A stretch of DNA of 20,000 nt, from IMG/VR virus record IMGVR_UViG_3300010158_000055; one strand, 5' to 3'. The position numbers and the translations under genes are program-made. The notes under the pieces are model-generated. The model worked only from the letters and a program-made list of their open reading frames with translations, did not search any database and was not told where the DNA came from. The DNA comes from an uncultured virus (IMG/VR IMGVR_UViG_3300010158_000055). Taxonomy: Duplodnaviria > Heunggongvirae > Uroviricota > Caudoviricetes. Of the stretch, positions 1-7,245 are shown piece after piece (position 1 is the first letter of the stretch; the number at the start of each line of letters is the position of its first letter).

Positions 1-1960
1 CTTCATGCTGACTCACCTGTGCAGGTTCTGAGAAATCGCCCTGACTCCATGCATCGGGAATGTCCACTGTTAAAAATGGCGAAGCAATGGCTCCACCGTC
101 GGCAATGTATCGCATGATGGTGGATCGATGGAAATCATTCAAGGGAGCTGCTAACTTCAAGAACACACTGGGTCGCATTTTGACACGCAGGCCAAAATAG
201 TCCACCTCCATGTTGTGTGGTACAACACCGGCGCCACTGTTGTTGTCAATAACAACTTCGTTGACTGTATTGCTTTGTGATATACGAAATATCGAATACA
301 ATATGGGATAGTCATCACTGCCTGTTATGCCTTGTTTGATAGGCTGACCACCGTTTTCTCTAGCAACAAAATCGGCAAACACCTGTTGGAAAACTTTTTC
401 TGGATCTTCTTGGTAATCACTGCTGGTTTGACAGTCATCTGTAAATCCTTCAAAATGCACACGATATTCACCAAATTCTTCAACTCCAACGTCATCGGGA
501 GTAAGCTCGCCAATGAACTCTTCAATTTCCTTCCAATCCATGGTGGATTCTGTTATTTCCTCATCTCCATCAACATCTTCTCTACCTGTGACATGTATGT
601 CTCTAGCATGGAATGGAATCCAATCTCCCAGTCTGGGATCATGGATGCTGTCGTAGCCTTGTTCGATCAGACTTGCATATTTTTGCAACATATCGTTTGG
701 CTCATCTTTGCCCTTGACAATCACATAGGGATTTTTACATGTCAATGTGGCACTGTATACATAACCATCAGCACCACCTTGTGTGGCATAGTACTCAGCA
801 GTGTCTCGATCTTCGGTCCACCACATGGGTGTGATTAATTCTCTATGTATGCCACCTTGGTTGCCGTGATACACTGTGACCGGGGCAACTGCTTGTTCGT
901 TCAACTGCATCTGTTTGGCCACCGCAGTAGCCCGTTCCACGTCCTGCATGTCAAAGGGCTTGAGTTCACCACGCCATATCAGTCGTTTGATTTCAGCCCA
1001 GTCCATGTCAACAAATTGTGTATCTTCCACACCAACCTCATTGGGGCCCACTAGTTGTTGTTCTGAATCAAATCTTCCTCGACAATCGTAAGCGGCACCA
1101 TCGGGAGCCACTGCATACACATGGTCAACTCTATAGTCGTCATCGTCTTCGGCATCTTCATCCCAACCTATGTGGGCACGTAGTTGCCAGTCTGGGTGTA
1201 TTCTTTTCAATGCCAGAGCCATCACATGGCAGTGACCCCTCATGTAGTCTTGTTTAGATTCCTTCAGGCTCAATGCTGAATCCTGTTGATTTAAATAGGC
1301 TTGGTTGAGCTGATCTAAATAACCTTGATTGCGTAGTATTTTAAATGCTAGATTCTCAACACCAAATTCTCCTTCACGGTCCAGGCCCGATCTACGCATG
1401 ATGCGAAGTCGATCTCTAATACGTTTTAAATCCGCAGGATCATCTGCTGTGGCAATGGCCACTGTGATTTGTTTGATGAGATCGGTCACTTTGGCATTCA
1501 CTGCTGTGTTGTTGATTGTAGGTGGATTGTATTCAGGTTCTTTGATCCAAGCATCGTTGAGTAAACTGTATACTCCGCCCGACACCGGTGGGGTGGCTGT
1601 ATCTTCTATGTACAATTCCACTTCATGTCCACGTATGGAGATGTCGTGTTGATTGTTCCAGATATCTTTTTTGGCACGGTATAATGCTTCTGCAACATCG
1701 TCACATTGCAAGTCATTATAGTTGGTGACCACATGCAGGTCAAAGTCCGAATATTGTGTATAGTTGTAGTTGGCCATACTGCCGGTCAACACTATGTCCT
1801 GCACTTCAAAGTTGGGTATTTCTAAATAATGTTCAAATATTTCTGCAATCTTCAACAGGTGTTCACGCACTTCGGGTCTTAGATCATTGCCACGCCAGGC
1901 CACTGGGTTCAACTGTTGATGATAGGCTATGTTGCGTTTGACGAAATCTCGAGCTCGCAT
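1..1960 (-). CDS. Multidomain (polyvalent) protein, 3'-truncated by the window edge: Pol-beta-type nucleotidyltransferase + papain-like Cys/His/Asp domain + ADP-ribosyltransferase-like domain + unknown acidic domain + ParB-like domain
   Basis: Not in the ORF track. Manual translation from the ATG at 1960 (TAATG-coupled to the nuclease stop) gives 653 codons with no stop: MRARDFVKRNIAYHQQLNPVAW...LTGSMANYNYTQYSDFDL (hGS...DxD)...HEVELY...DYMRGHCHVMALAL...DHVYAVAPDGAAYDCRG...TVYHGN...PMWWTEDRDTAEYYA...GYVYSATL..KNPY...QGYDSI...GDWIPF...IDNNSGAGVVPHNMEVDYFGLRVKMRPSVFLKLA...PFLTVDIPDAW...QVSQHE. The ORF and the NTase motif are firm; the other domain calls are less so. Confidence 0.85.
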   Translation of the reverse strand, partial: MRARDFVKRNIAYHQQLNPVAWRGNDLRPEVREHLLKIAEIFEHYLEIPNFEVQDIVLTGSMANYNYTQYSDFDLHVVTNYNDLQCDDVAEALYRAKKDIWNNQHDISIRGHEVELYIEDTATPPVSGGVYSLLNDAWIKEPEYNPPTINNTAVNAKVTDLIKQITVAIATADDPADLKRIRDRLRIMRRSGLDREGEFGVENLAFKILRNQGYLDQLNQAYLNQQDSALSLKESKQDYMRGHCHVMALALKRIHPDWQLRAHIGWDEDAEDDDDYRVDHVYAVAPDGAAYDCRGRFDSEQQLVGPNEVGVEDTQFVDMDWAEIKRLIWRGELKPFDMQDVERATAVAKQMQLNEQAVAPVTVYHGNQGGIHRELITPMWWTEDRDTAEYYATQGGADGYVYSATLTCKNPYVIVKGKDEPNDMLQKYASLIEQGYDSIHDPRLGDWIPFHARDIHVTGREDVDGDEEITESTMDWKEIEEFIGELTPDDVGVEEFGEYRVHFEGFTDDCQTSSDYQEDPEKVFQQVFADFVARENGGQPIKQGITGSDDYPILYSIFRISQSNTVNEVVIDNNSGAGVVPHNMEVDYFGLRVKMRPSVFLKLAAPLNDFHRSTIMRYIADGGAIASPFLTVDIPDAWSQGDFSEPAQVSQHE

Positions 1961-2679
1961 TATTGACCTAAATTAAATCGCATGCCAGTGGCTTGTTCCA
2001 CTGCAGACACAGGTACTTGATAATTGGGCCAACTGGTTGCTGGAACAATCGGTGCATTTGGCATCAGGTATGCTTGTACCTGGCCGCTGTTCTTTTCAAT
2101 GATGATCTTATACAAACGTGTGGGAATTCCTAAGCCATTGCCCACCGTAGGATGATCTTGATCAAATACACCACCGGAGATGATGTAGAAATCTGTGCCC
2201 GGAGTCATGGCCCATTGGCGTTCAGCTGTTTCCAGCAAGCGCCATCCACCTCTGTTGTTGTTTGCATTTTGAGCCACCATGTTTGATAAGTTAAAACTCT
2301 CTGACATGATGGCATCGTTTTGTGTGTTGTTACCAGCCGGCGCCATGTGTCCTCTATCATGTGTCTTGCCAACCACAGCATAGTCGGCCAGGCTGGCACT
2401 GCATTCCGGAGTCACTGCGGCATCGGGGTGGAAGTTATCTCGACGTTTTGCTGGACCGGTCATTGCGGCTATGGTTAAATGCTCAAACACTGCTATGGGG
2501 GCCTTGACACTACAACGATGGATCACAGCATAGTTCATGTGGCAAATTTCTTGATCTCCGGGCTGTGCTCGATATTGCGGAGTTCCGTTCACAGTGAACT
2601 GCGGGCATTGGGCATTGATCTGTGCTTGCGCCAGTCCTGTTGCAACTAGTAAAACAAGTGCTAATAAAAACTTTTTCAT
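1960..2679 (-). CDS. Secreted DNA/RNA non-specific endonuclease (NUC/Serratia nuclease family, His-Me finger)
   Basis: Signal peptide MKKFLLALVLLVATGLAQA; catalytic DRGHMAP; ESFNLSNMVAQ...NRGGWRLLE; C-terminal IPTRLYKII...SAVEQATGMRF. Confidence 0.92.
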   Translation of the reverse strand: MKKFLLALVLLVATGLAQAQINAQCPQFTVNGTPQYRAQPGDQEICHMNYAVIHRCSVKAPIAVFEHLTIAAMTGPAKRRDNFHPDAAVTPECSASLADYAVVGKTHDRGHMAPAGNNTQNDAIMSESFNLSNMVAQNANNNRGGWRLLETAERQWAMTPGTDFYIISGGVFDQDHPTVGNGLGIPTRLYKIIIEKNSGQVQAYLMPNAPIVPATSWPNYQVPVSAVEQATGMRFNLGQ

Positions 2680-2688
2680 TGACGGTCC

Positions 2689-3834
2689 TTAGTGAAACAT
2701 TAAAAAACTATTGACGACATCTCGGCGATTTGCAGCTCTGTCACCGTGGCCTGACGGATATATCACCACGTTCCACCGAGGTGTATCTCCGGGCGGGATC
2801 TGTAGCATTTGATCGTAACTGATAATGGTGTCAGCATCAACATGATAGGTGGTGGCCAAGCGTTGTTTTAATGTCGCCCAACCACCGGGTTTAAACTGTG
2901 TACGACCTTCAGCATCTTTAATAGCCTTGCCCTTGGGGTCAACAACAATTAAATCTCTAAACAAGTCTCTACTAATTGTAGGTGCGTTCTTTACTGTATT
3001 GCCGGCGGCCTTGTGAAACTCCACACGTTTTTCTTCACCGCGTTTGGCTCCGCCTGAGAAGTTGATGATGAAATTGTTGGGTTTATCTCCAGTGGCCACC
3101 GAAGCAATTTTAGTATAGGCATAGAACTTGACTTCAGGATTGCTTCGTGCTACACCGTAGGCCAATTCCAAATATTTTTTACTGAAGAAGTCGCCGGCAT
3201 CATGCCAACGTATTACTAGTTGTATGCCAAGCCGGTCAGTTTTGGCTTTGATTGTTTTGATTTCACCGTTGAGCATGTCAGTATAGCCCTTGGCGTCGTT
3301 CACTAGGAAGTTCAAGGCCTGTGCTGCACTCATGCTGGAAGCTGGGAACATGGTGTACCCGCCCTTGCGAGCATAGCAGAACAGCTGACAAGCACCGGCT
3401 CCGGGACAGGTGTTGATTTCTACAAAGTCTCCAGTCTCCTCGTTCACTACAATACCGCTTAGTGCCGGTAGTGTGAGATCATAAACAATCTCGCCTTCGG
3501 TGGCGGATTTTTTCATTTTGTAATTGGTGCCCAGGATGGCTTTGGGCCTACGTGTGATCTGTTGTGCTAGATCATCCAAGTCCCATTCAGTACCAGCTTC
3601 GTCTTTGGTAATAGCCTTGATGTTGCTGGCATGAATAGTGGGTTTGAATTTGTCTTGTTTGGTTTTAGTACCTGTTTTAATTCTGTCAGCGTAGCCTTGT
3701 AGCTCACTGCGTGGTATCACCTTGTGTGGAGCATCAAGCCCTATGGCTTCATCAACTTCGTTGTCAACATGCACTACCCGAACTGGAAATCCACCCAGTG
3801 TGGTGGATTCAGTAACAAATTCATATAATCTCAT
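2689..3834 (-). CDS. GP88-like (radical-SAM-related) Fe-S phage protein
   Basis: TCPGAGACQLFCYARKG Cys cluster, IRWHDAGDF and FYAYTK motifs, as in the phage gene product 88 family; N-terminus MRLYEFVTE. Confidence 0.75.
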   Translation of the reverse strand: MRLYEFVTESTTLGGFPVRVVHVDNEVDEAIGLDAPHKVIPRSELQGYADRIKTGTKTKQDKFKPTIHASNIKAITKDEAGTEWDLDDLAQQITRRPKAILGTNYKMKKSATEGEIVYDLTLPALSGIVVNEETGDFVEINTCPGAGACQLFCYARKGGYTMFPASSMSAAQALNFLVNDAKGYTDMLNGEIKTIKAKTDRLGIQLVIRWHDAGDFFSKKYLELAYGVARSNPEVKFYAYTKIASVATGDKPNNFIINFSGGAKRGEEKRVEFHKAAGNTVKNAPTISRDLFRDLIVVDPKGKAIKDAEGRTQFKPGGWATLKQRLATTYHVDADTIISYDQMLQIPPGDTPRWNVVIYPSGHGDRAANRRDVVNSFLMFH

Positions 3835-3858
3835 TGCAATCGTTCCTAAATATATTAG

Positions 3859-3864
3859 TATTTA
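3859..3864 (-). promoter_or_regulatory. Putative T4-type late promoter (TAAATA)
   Basis: cTAAATA about 25 nt upstream of the ATG at 3834, followed by an AGGA SD. Confidence 0.5.
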
Positions 3865-3892
3865 GTTGATTGCACACAACTGAGGATTGATA

Positions 3893-3988
3893 TTACCGTC
3901 GGAATTGGCCCGGATAGTTTAGACGTTGCCACTCTTCATCAGTGACAGGCCACCAGTTATTTGACACGATATTTTTTTGTAAGTTCAT
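3893..3988 (-). CDS. Putative 31-aa micropeptide
   Basis: MNLQKNIVSNNWWPVTDEEWQRLNYPGQFRR*; overlaps the end of the upstream micro-ORF; the start could instead be GTG 3967. Confidence 0.4.
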   Translation of the reverse strand: MNLQKNIVSNNWWPVTDEEWQRLNYPGQFRR

Positions 3989-4049
3989 AGTCGACTCTTG
4001 CACGGCGAGCTTCTCTAATAGCAGAGAATAAAATAGTTAAAAATTTCAT
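3957..4049 (-). CDS. Putative 30-aa micropeptide
   Basis: MKFLTILFSAIREARRARVDYELTKKYRVK*; ATGA overlap with the upstream stop at 4046-4048; AGGAGG SD upstream. Confidence 0.55.
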   Translation of the reverse strand: MKFLTILFSAIREARRARVDYELTKKYRVK

Positions 4050-4204
4050 AATTTTAATCCTCCTGAACGATTTTCGTATTCACGTGTCCAACGTTCAATG
4101 TCGGCGGTTGAGTTGGGGTTTTTGCTGATTATAAATGTTTCTAATGCTGATTTAGATTGGCCCGTGCTTAACAAGCGATCTAACCATTTCAATAATTGTG
4201 TCAT
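4046..4204 (-). CDS. Small hypothetical protein (52 aa, possibly DUF3563-like)
   Basis: Start moved to ATG 4204 (AAAGGA SD, late promoter upstream); LETFIISKNPNSTADIERWTREYE. Confidence 0.6.
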   Translation of the reverse strand: MTQLLKWLDRLLSTGQSKSALETFIISKNPNSTADIERWTREYENRSGGLKL

Positions 4205-4227
4205 TGCTTTTCCTTTGTTGGTAGTTG

Positions 4228-4234
4228 TATTTAT
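4228..4234 (-). promoter_or_regulatory. Putative T4-type late promoter (ATAAATA)
   Basis: About 24 nt upstream of ATG 4204. Confidence 0.5.
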
Positions 4235-4265
4235 CTCAGTAGAAACCATGAGATATATTACACGT

Positions 4266-4760
4266 TTAACATTTGGAAAAGTCTTGATGTCGAAACCAAC
4301 GTTTTTGTCCAAAGCTGGTTTTCAGAGTGAGACCGTAGTGTGCAAACTGCTCACGCCAGGCAAAAAAGCTGGGTCCATGTCCGCCTGACAGTTGATACAT
4401 CTCTCTACCATGCGAGTCTAAATGTTCCCATCGATATACGTCCCACTGATATTGGTGCACCATTTCGTGTGCCAGAGTATTCATGAACCACTGCTGGCAA
4501 AACCATTTGTCACTGATTTCTATCTTGCAATAACTACCCGACGGCTGTTGGTCCAGCCACTCGCAACAGCCCCAGATTTTTTTAACTCTGTGTTGTATTA
4601 TCTCGGGTCTAGTCAATTGATTGTCAAAGCAGTATCTGTTGAGTATTCTATAGGCATACAACACGTCTTCATCTGTGGGACGAAAACTTTTACGCCGTTG
4701 GTAGGTGATACCAGGAAGTGGTTGTTCCATTATACGTCGTATGGGATTGGGTCTTGCCAT
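4266..4760 (-). CDS. SprT-like zinc metalloprotease domain protein
   Basis: NTLAHEMVH (HExxH) and downstream HGPSF; N-terminal LNRYCFDNQL as in SprT domains. Confidence 0.85.
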   Translation of the reverse strand: MARPNPIRRIMEQPLPGITYQRRKSFRPTDEDVLYAYRILNRYCFDNQLTRPEIIQHRVKKIWGCCEWLDQQPSGSYCKIEISDKWFCQQWFMNTLAHEMVHQYQWDVYRWEHLDSHGREMYQLSGGHGPSFFAWREQFAHYGLTLKTSFGQKRWFRHQDFSKC

Positions 4761-4779
4761 AGAAATGCCCCTAACAAAG

Positions 4780-4786
4780 TATTTAT
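4780..4786 (-). promoter_or_regulatory. Putative T4-type late promoter (ATAAATA)
   Basis: About 20 nt upstream of ATG 4760. Confidence 0.5.
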
Positions 4787-4828
4787 TCTACACTTTATTA
4801 AAGGCAAATTACAGCACAAGCGGCACAA

Positions 4829-5395
4829 TTACTGCTTGTTTTTATCCATTTCTTGGAATTCTGCATCAAATCTAGCAGCAGTTTCTCGAACCATTCGAAT
4901 CTGATCACGGGCTCTGGCACGGTTGTTGGCATCACCCAAGGGCAGTGCTACCAGTACATATTGGTTAAATCTTGCACCGTTGGGTATAGTTTCAGATTCT
5001 ACCACTTCTGCACCGGTTATATCCAAACTGGGGCAACGAGTTCTCGTGGCCTTGGTGCTTTGACTGTTGGAATCACCGTTGCGATCAATGGTGTAGTTTT
5101 TGAACTGACTTTCAGTCTGGGCACCGGCTCCCATGCATAGTTGACTGTAGGCTTCGTTTTCTGCAATGCTCATGGCCATCATCATGTTGTTGCTGGTGGC
5201 AAATCCCACGCCATACACCACATCTGCGTTGTTTTTGGGACGTTTAGTGAACCAGCTGGGTGCCTGTCGAATAGTGGTTTTGACTGTTTGAGCCTGGCGC
5301 TCACGCTCTTGGTTGGCACGTTGTTGATATGGATCTACAGAACTGCATGCCGACAACAATAAGGCTATACTGGTTGCTAATACTAATTTTTTCAT
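4829..5395 (-). CDS. Lipoprotein, LPP20-like (188 aa)
   Basis: Start moved to ATG 5395 (GAAAGG SD); MKKLVLATSIALLLSAC lipobox; APSWF...YGVGFATS...AMSIAENEA pattern. Confidence 0.7.
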   Translation of the reverse strand: MKKLVLATSIALLLSACSSVDPYQQRANQERERQAQTVKTTIRQAPSWFTKRPKNNADVVYGVGFATSNNMMMAMSIAENEAYSQLCMGAGAQTESQFKNYTIDRNGDSNSQSTKATRTRCPSLDITGAEVVESETIPNGARFNQYVLVALPLGDANNRARARDQIRMVRETAARFDAEFQEMDKNKQ

Positions 5396-5428
5396 ACTAT
5401 ACCTTTCGGTTTGGTTAAAGTTAAAAAC

Positions 5429-5457
5429 AGTGTAACACAATTATCGTTGTTTGTCAA
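5429..5457 (-). promoter_or_regulatory. Sigma70-type promoter
   Basis: TTGACA-17 nt-TACACT upstream of the lipoprotein gene. Confidence 0.75.
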
Positions 5458-5809
5458 ATTCTAATTCCCAACGATTGATATACTGACCGGGTCTTGTTCC
5501 ATCATTGCAAACTCGTGCTTGGCTGGCAGTGCCATTGAAGTTTTCCTGCACCACTACACAATCTGCAGGCTTGATGTCTCGCTTGGGGTCACAACTGCCA
5601 CGCAACATCAATAAATCGTTGTGTAATATAGCACGTTTTGGCCTATCCCAAAAAGGAACATTGGCCAACTGTTGGCGGATCGTAGCCTCTTGTCTGCATC
5701 CGGTGCTCATGTAGTTTAAGTCATTAAAATCCATTGTGGTGCTTTTGGGACTGGTTAATCCACAGGCCGTGAGCAACACTGTGGAGGATAGGATCACAAG
5801 TAGTTTCAT
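5441..5809 (-). CDS. Lipoprotein of unknown function (122 aa)
   Basis: MKLLVILSSTVLLTAC lipobox; ATG 5809 in ATGA overlap with the upstream stop; four further Cys. Confidence 0.7.
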   Translation of the reverse strand: MKLLVILSSTVLLTACGLTSPKSTTMDFNDLNYMSTGCRQEATIRQQLANVPFWDRPKRAILHNDLLMLRGSCDPKRDIKPADCVVVQENFNGTASQARVCNDGTRPGQYINRWELEFDKQR

Positions 5810-6063
5810 TGGCAATAGTACCTTAATCTTTGTATGTACTGGTCAATGGTGCGATCATACAATTCAAGATCATCACCGGGTTGAACAGGGTGTTTTTTAA
5901 GTTCTGTAAGATATCTCATGTGCATGATTCGGTTGGCACAGTCCGGGTTGGGTCCATATATAGTTCCAAATGTTTCTTCATATGCAGGCCTGGGTGTAGG
6001 CAAAAATTCCGGCAATTGGCAAATCAACGGACTCATTAACATAGCGAGTATTCCGCAGATCAT
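5806..6063 (-). CDS. Hypothetical protein with hydrophobic N-terminus
   Basis: 85-aa ORF, ATGA-coupled at both ends. Confidence 0.65.
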   Translation of the reverse strand: MICGILAMLMSPLICQLPEFLPTPRPAYEETFGTIYGPNPDCANRIMHMRYLTELKKHPVQPGDDLELYDRTIDQYIQRLRYYCQ

Positions 6064-6215
6064 GACTGCTTATGAAATGTCACAGTTTGACGGATCACCT
6101 GACGAGCTGTGGGCTCATCTACTCCTGCATTACGTTGCACATATCGCACCGCATCTCTTGTGTTGAACTGCAACTGAAATACTGCTTCATTGGCCATGCG
6201 TTCCGCTCTACTCAT
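6060..6215 (-). CDS. Small hypothetical protein (51 aa)
   Basis: Not in the track: MSRAERMANEAVFQLQFNTRDAVRYVQRNAGVDEPTARQVIRQTVTFHKQS*; AAAGGAG SD; ATGA overlap with ATG 6063. Confidence 0.7.
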   Translation of the reverse strand: MSRAERMANEAVFQLQFNTRDAVRYVQRNAGVDEPTARQVIRQTVTFHKQS

Positions 6216-6250
6216 TTTACCGCTCCTTTGGTTCAACTACATTAAAAAAA

Positions 6251-6631
6251 TTATTGTGGTGCTCGTTCTAACCTACGAGCAAGATGTCTTTGCCAACTGG
6301 CATCTAGATCCGGCCTACGCAACATACCGCCTATCGCTCGTTCAGCCGACCCTGTACTTTCCATGGTGTCCGGCAGTTCATAAAAATTGTATCGCACACT
6401 CCATCTGGGTGCATTGGTTCTAACAGCATCAATTTCATGTAGTACAGGCAGTCGTTGCCATTGAGTCGTCAACTGCTCTAGCACTGTGTCCCAAAATGTT
6501 TGACTCCAAACAGTCTTGGCTCGGCTTCTAGCGGATCTGGCCAAATCTAGTCTATGTCCCAGAGTGTCTAATTCTTGTTCTAAATATCTGTAGTCTTTGA
6601 GATCATGATGCACAATTGTGATAGGAGTCAT
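6251..6631 (-). CDS. Hypothetical protein
   Basis: 126-aa ORF co-oriented with its neighbours. Confidence 0.6.
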   Translation of the reverse strand: MTPITIVHHDLKDYRYLEQELDTLGHRLDLARSARSRAKTVWSQTFWDTVLEQLTTQWQRLPVLHEIDAVRTNAPRWSVRYNFYELPDTMESTGSAERAIGGMLRRPDLDASWQRHLARRLERAPQ

Positions 6632-6648
6632 ATTACAATTCTAGTAGG

Positions 6649-6909
6649 TTAGTTAACGGGATTATCATTTATAAATTGGGCCTGGGCAAGGAAATGGTTA
6701 ATTTCGTGTTGCACCAGCCATACATGCTTTTTCAGTGCTTCTTCCACTGTGGCCCACCGTCCTAGGATTTCTCCTTCGCCGGATTCTGTCCTAAACACAC
6801 CGGTTTCGTAGGGCAATCCTGTGTGGAAACTGCCAAGATGTACTGTACTGATCTTGAGTTCACCTATGACTGTAACTGCTACTGGTTTGGGTAAGGAGTA
6901 TTCTGACAT
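6649..6909 (-). CDS. Hypothetical phage protein
   Basis: 86 aa; AAGGA SD; ISTV...YETGVF...RWATVEEALKKH pattern seen in small phage proteins. Confidence 0.7.
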   Translation of the reverse strand: MSEYSLPKPVAVTVIGELKISTVHLGSFHTGLPYETGVFRTESGEGEILGRWATVEEALKKHVWLVQHEINHFLAQAQFINDNPVN

Positions 6910-6918
6910 ATTATTTCC

Positions 6919-6987
6919 TTATCGTTTCAAAAAGAGAATGGCTAATACAACACCCAATATTATTTGTAACATTAATTCGTTTGACAT
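6919..6987 (-). CDS. Putative 22-aa single-TM peptide
   Basis: MSNELMLQIILGVVLAILFLKR*, filling the gap between 6909 and 6989. Confidence 0.45.
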   Translation of the reverse strand: MSNELMLQIILGVVLAILFLKR

Positions 6988-6988
6988 A

Positions 6989-7216
6989 TTAACCCCACGC
7001 TTTCTTGGCACCGTGTTTTTCATTCCAGTAATAACCAGAAGTATATGCATAGATTTCTTCTGCTGTCATATCGGCTGCTTCTATCCTATCGCTAACACCA
7101 GTACCTGCGGTGTAATAATGAGGGTCAATGCCACGTCCGTAGTAACTGTCTGCTGAACCACGGTCCCAAGGTCCACCGTGTCTTGTATCAAATTCTTTAA
7201 CATCATATCTATACAT
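6989..7216 (-). CDS. Hypothetical phage protein
   Basis: 75 aa, RHGGPWDRGSADSYYGR; GGGAG SD; directly downstream of a consensus promoter. Confidence 0.75.
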   Translation of the reverse strand: MYRYDVKEFDTRHGGPWDRGSADSYYGRGIDPHYYTAGTGVSDRIEAADMTAEEIYAYTSGYYWNEKHGAKKAWG

Positions 7217-7245
7217 ATTTGCTCCCGAAGTTTAACTATACTACT

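Noticed and set aside
753..768. CTGTATACATAACCAT resembling a LexA box
   Set aside because: The right half-site is missing, and the site lies deep inside a CDS.
325..1941. Track ORFs 325-525, 332-838, 845-1054, 876-1091, 1018-1257, 1329-1652 and 1756-1941
   Set aside because: These are shadow or alternate frames of the continuous minus-strand gene 1960 to <1, which carries the recognisable motifs.
1..1960. Apparent 2-kb gene-poor or pseudogene region, or stop-codon recoding
   Set aside because: The frame is open under the standard code. It was missed only because its stop codon lies outside the window.
3957..3988. A7 run in the overlap of two micro-ORFs as a programmed frameshift site
   Set aside because: Joining the ORFs needs a +1/-2 shift rather than the canonical -1, no stimulatory structure is evident, and the second ORF has its own start codon.
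4205..5440. Longer track starts at 4312 and 5440 (likewise 10721 and 14366)
   Set aside because: Downstream ATGs have better SD sequences, signal peptides or promoter geometry, and most of the extensions run through promoter motifs.
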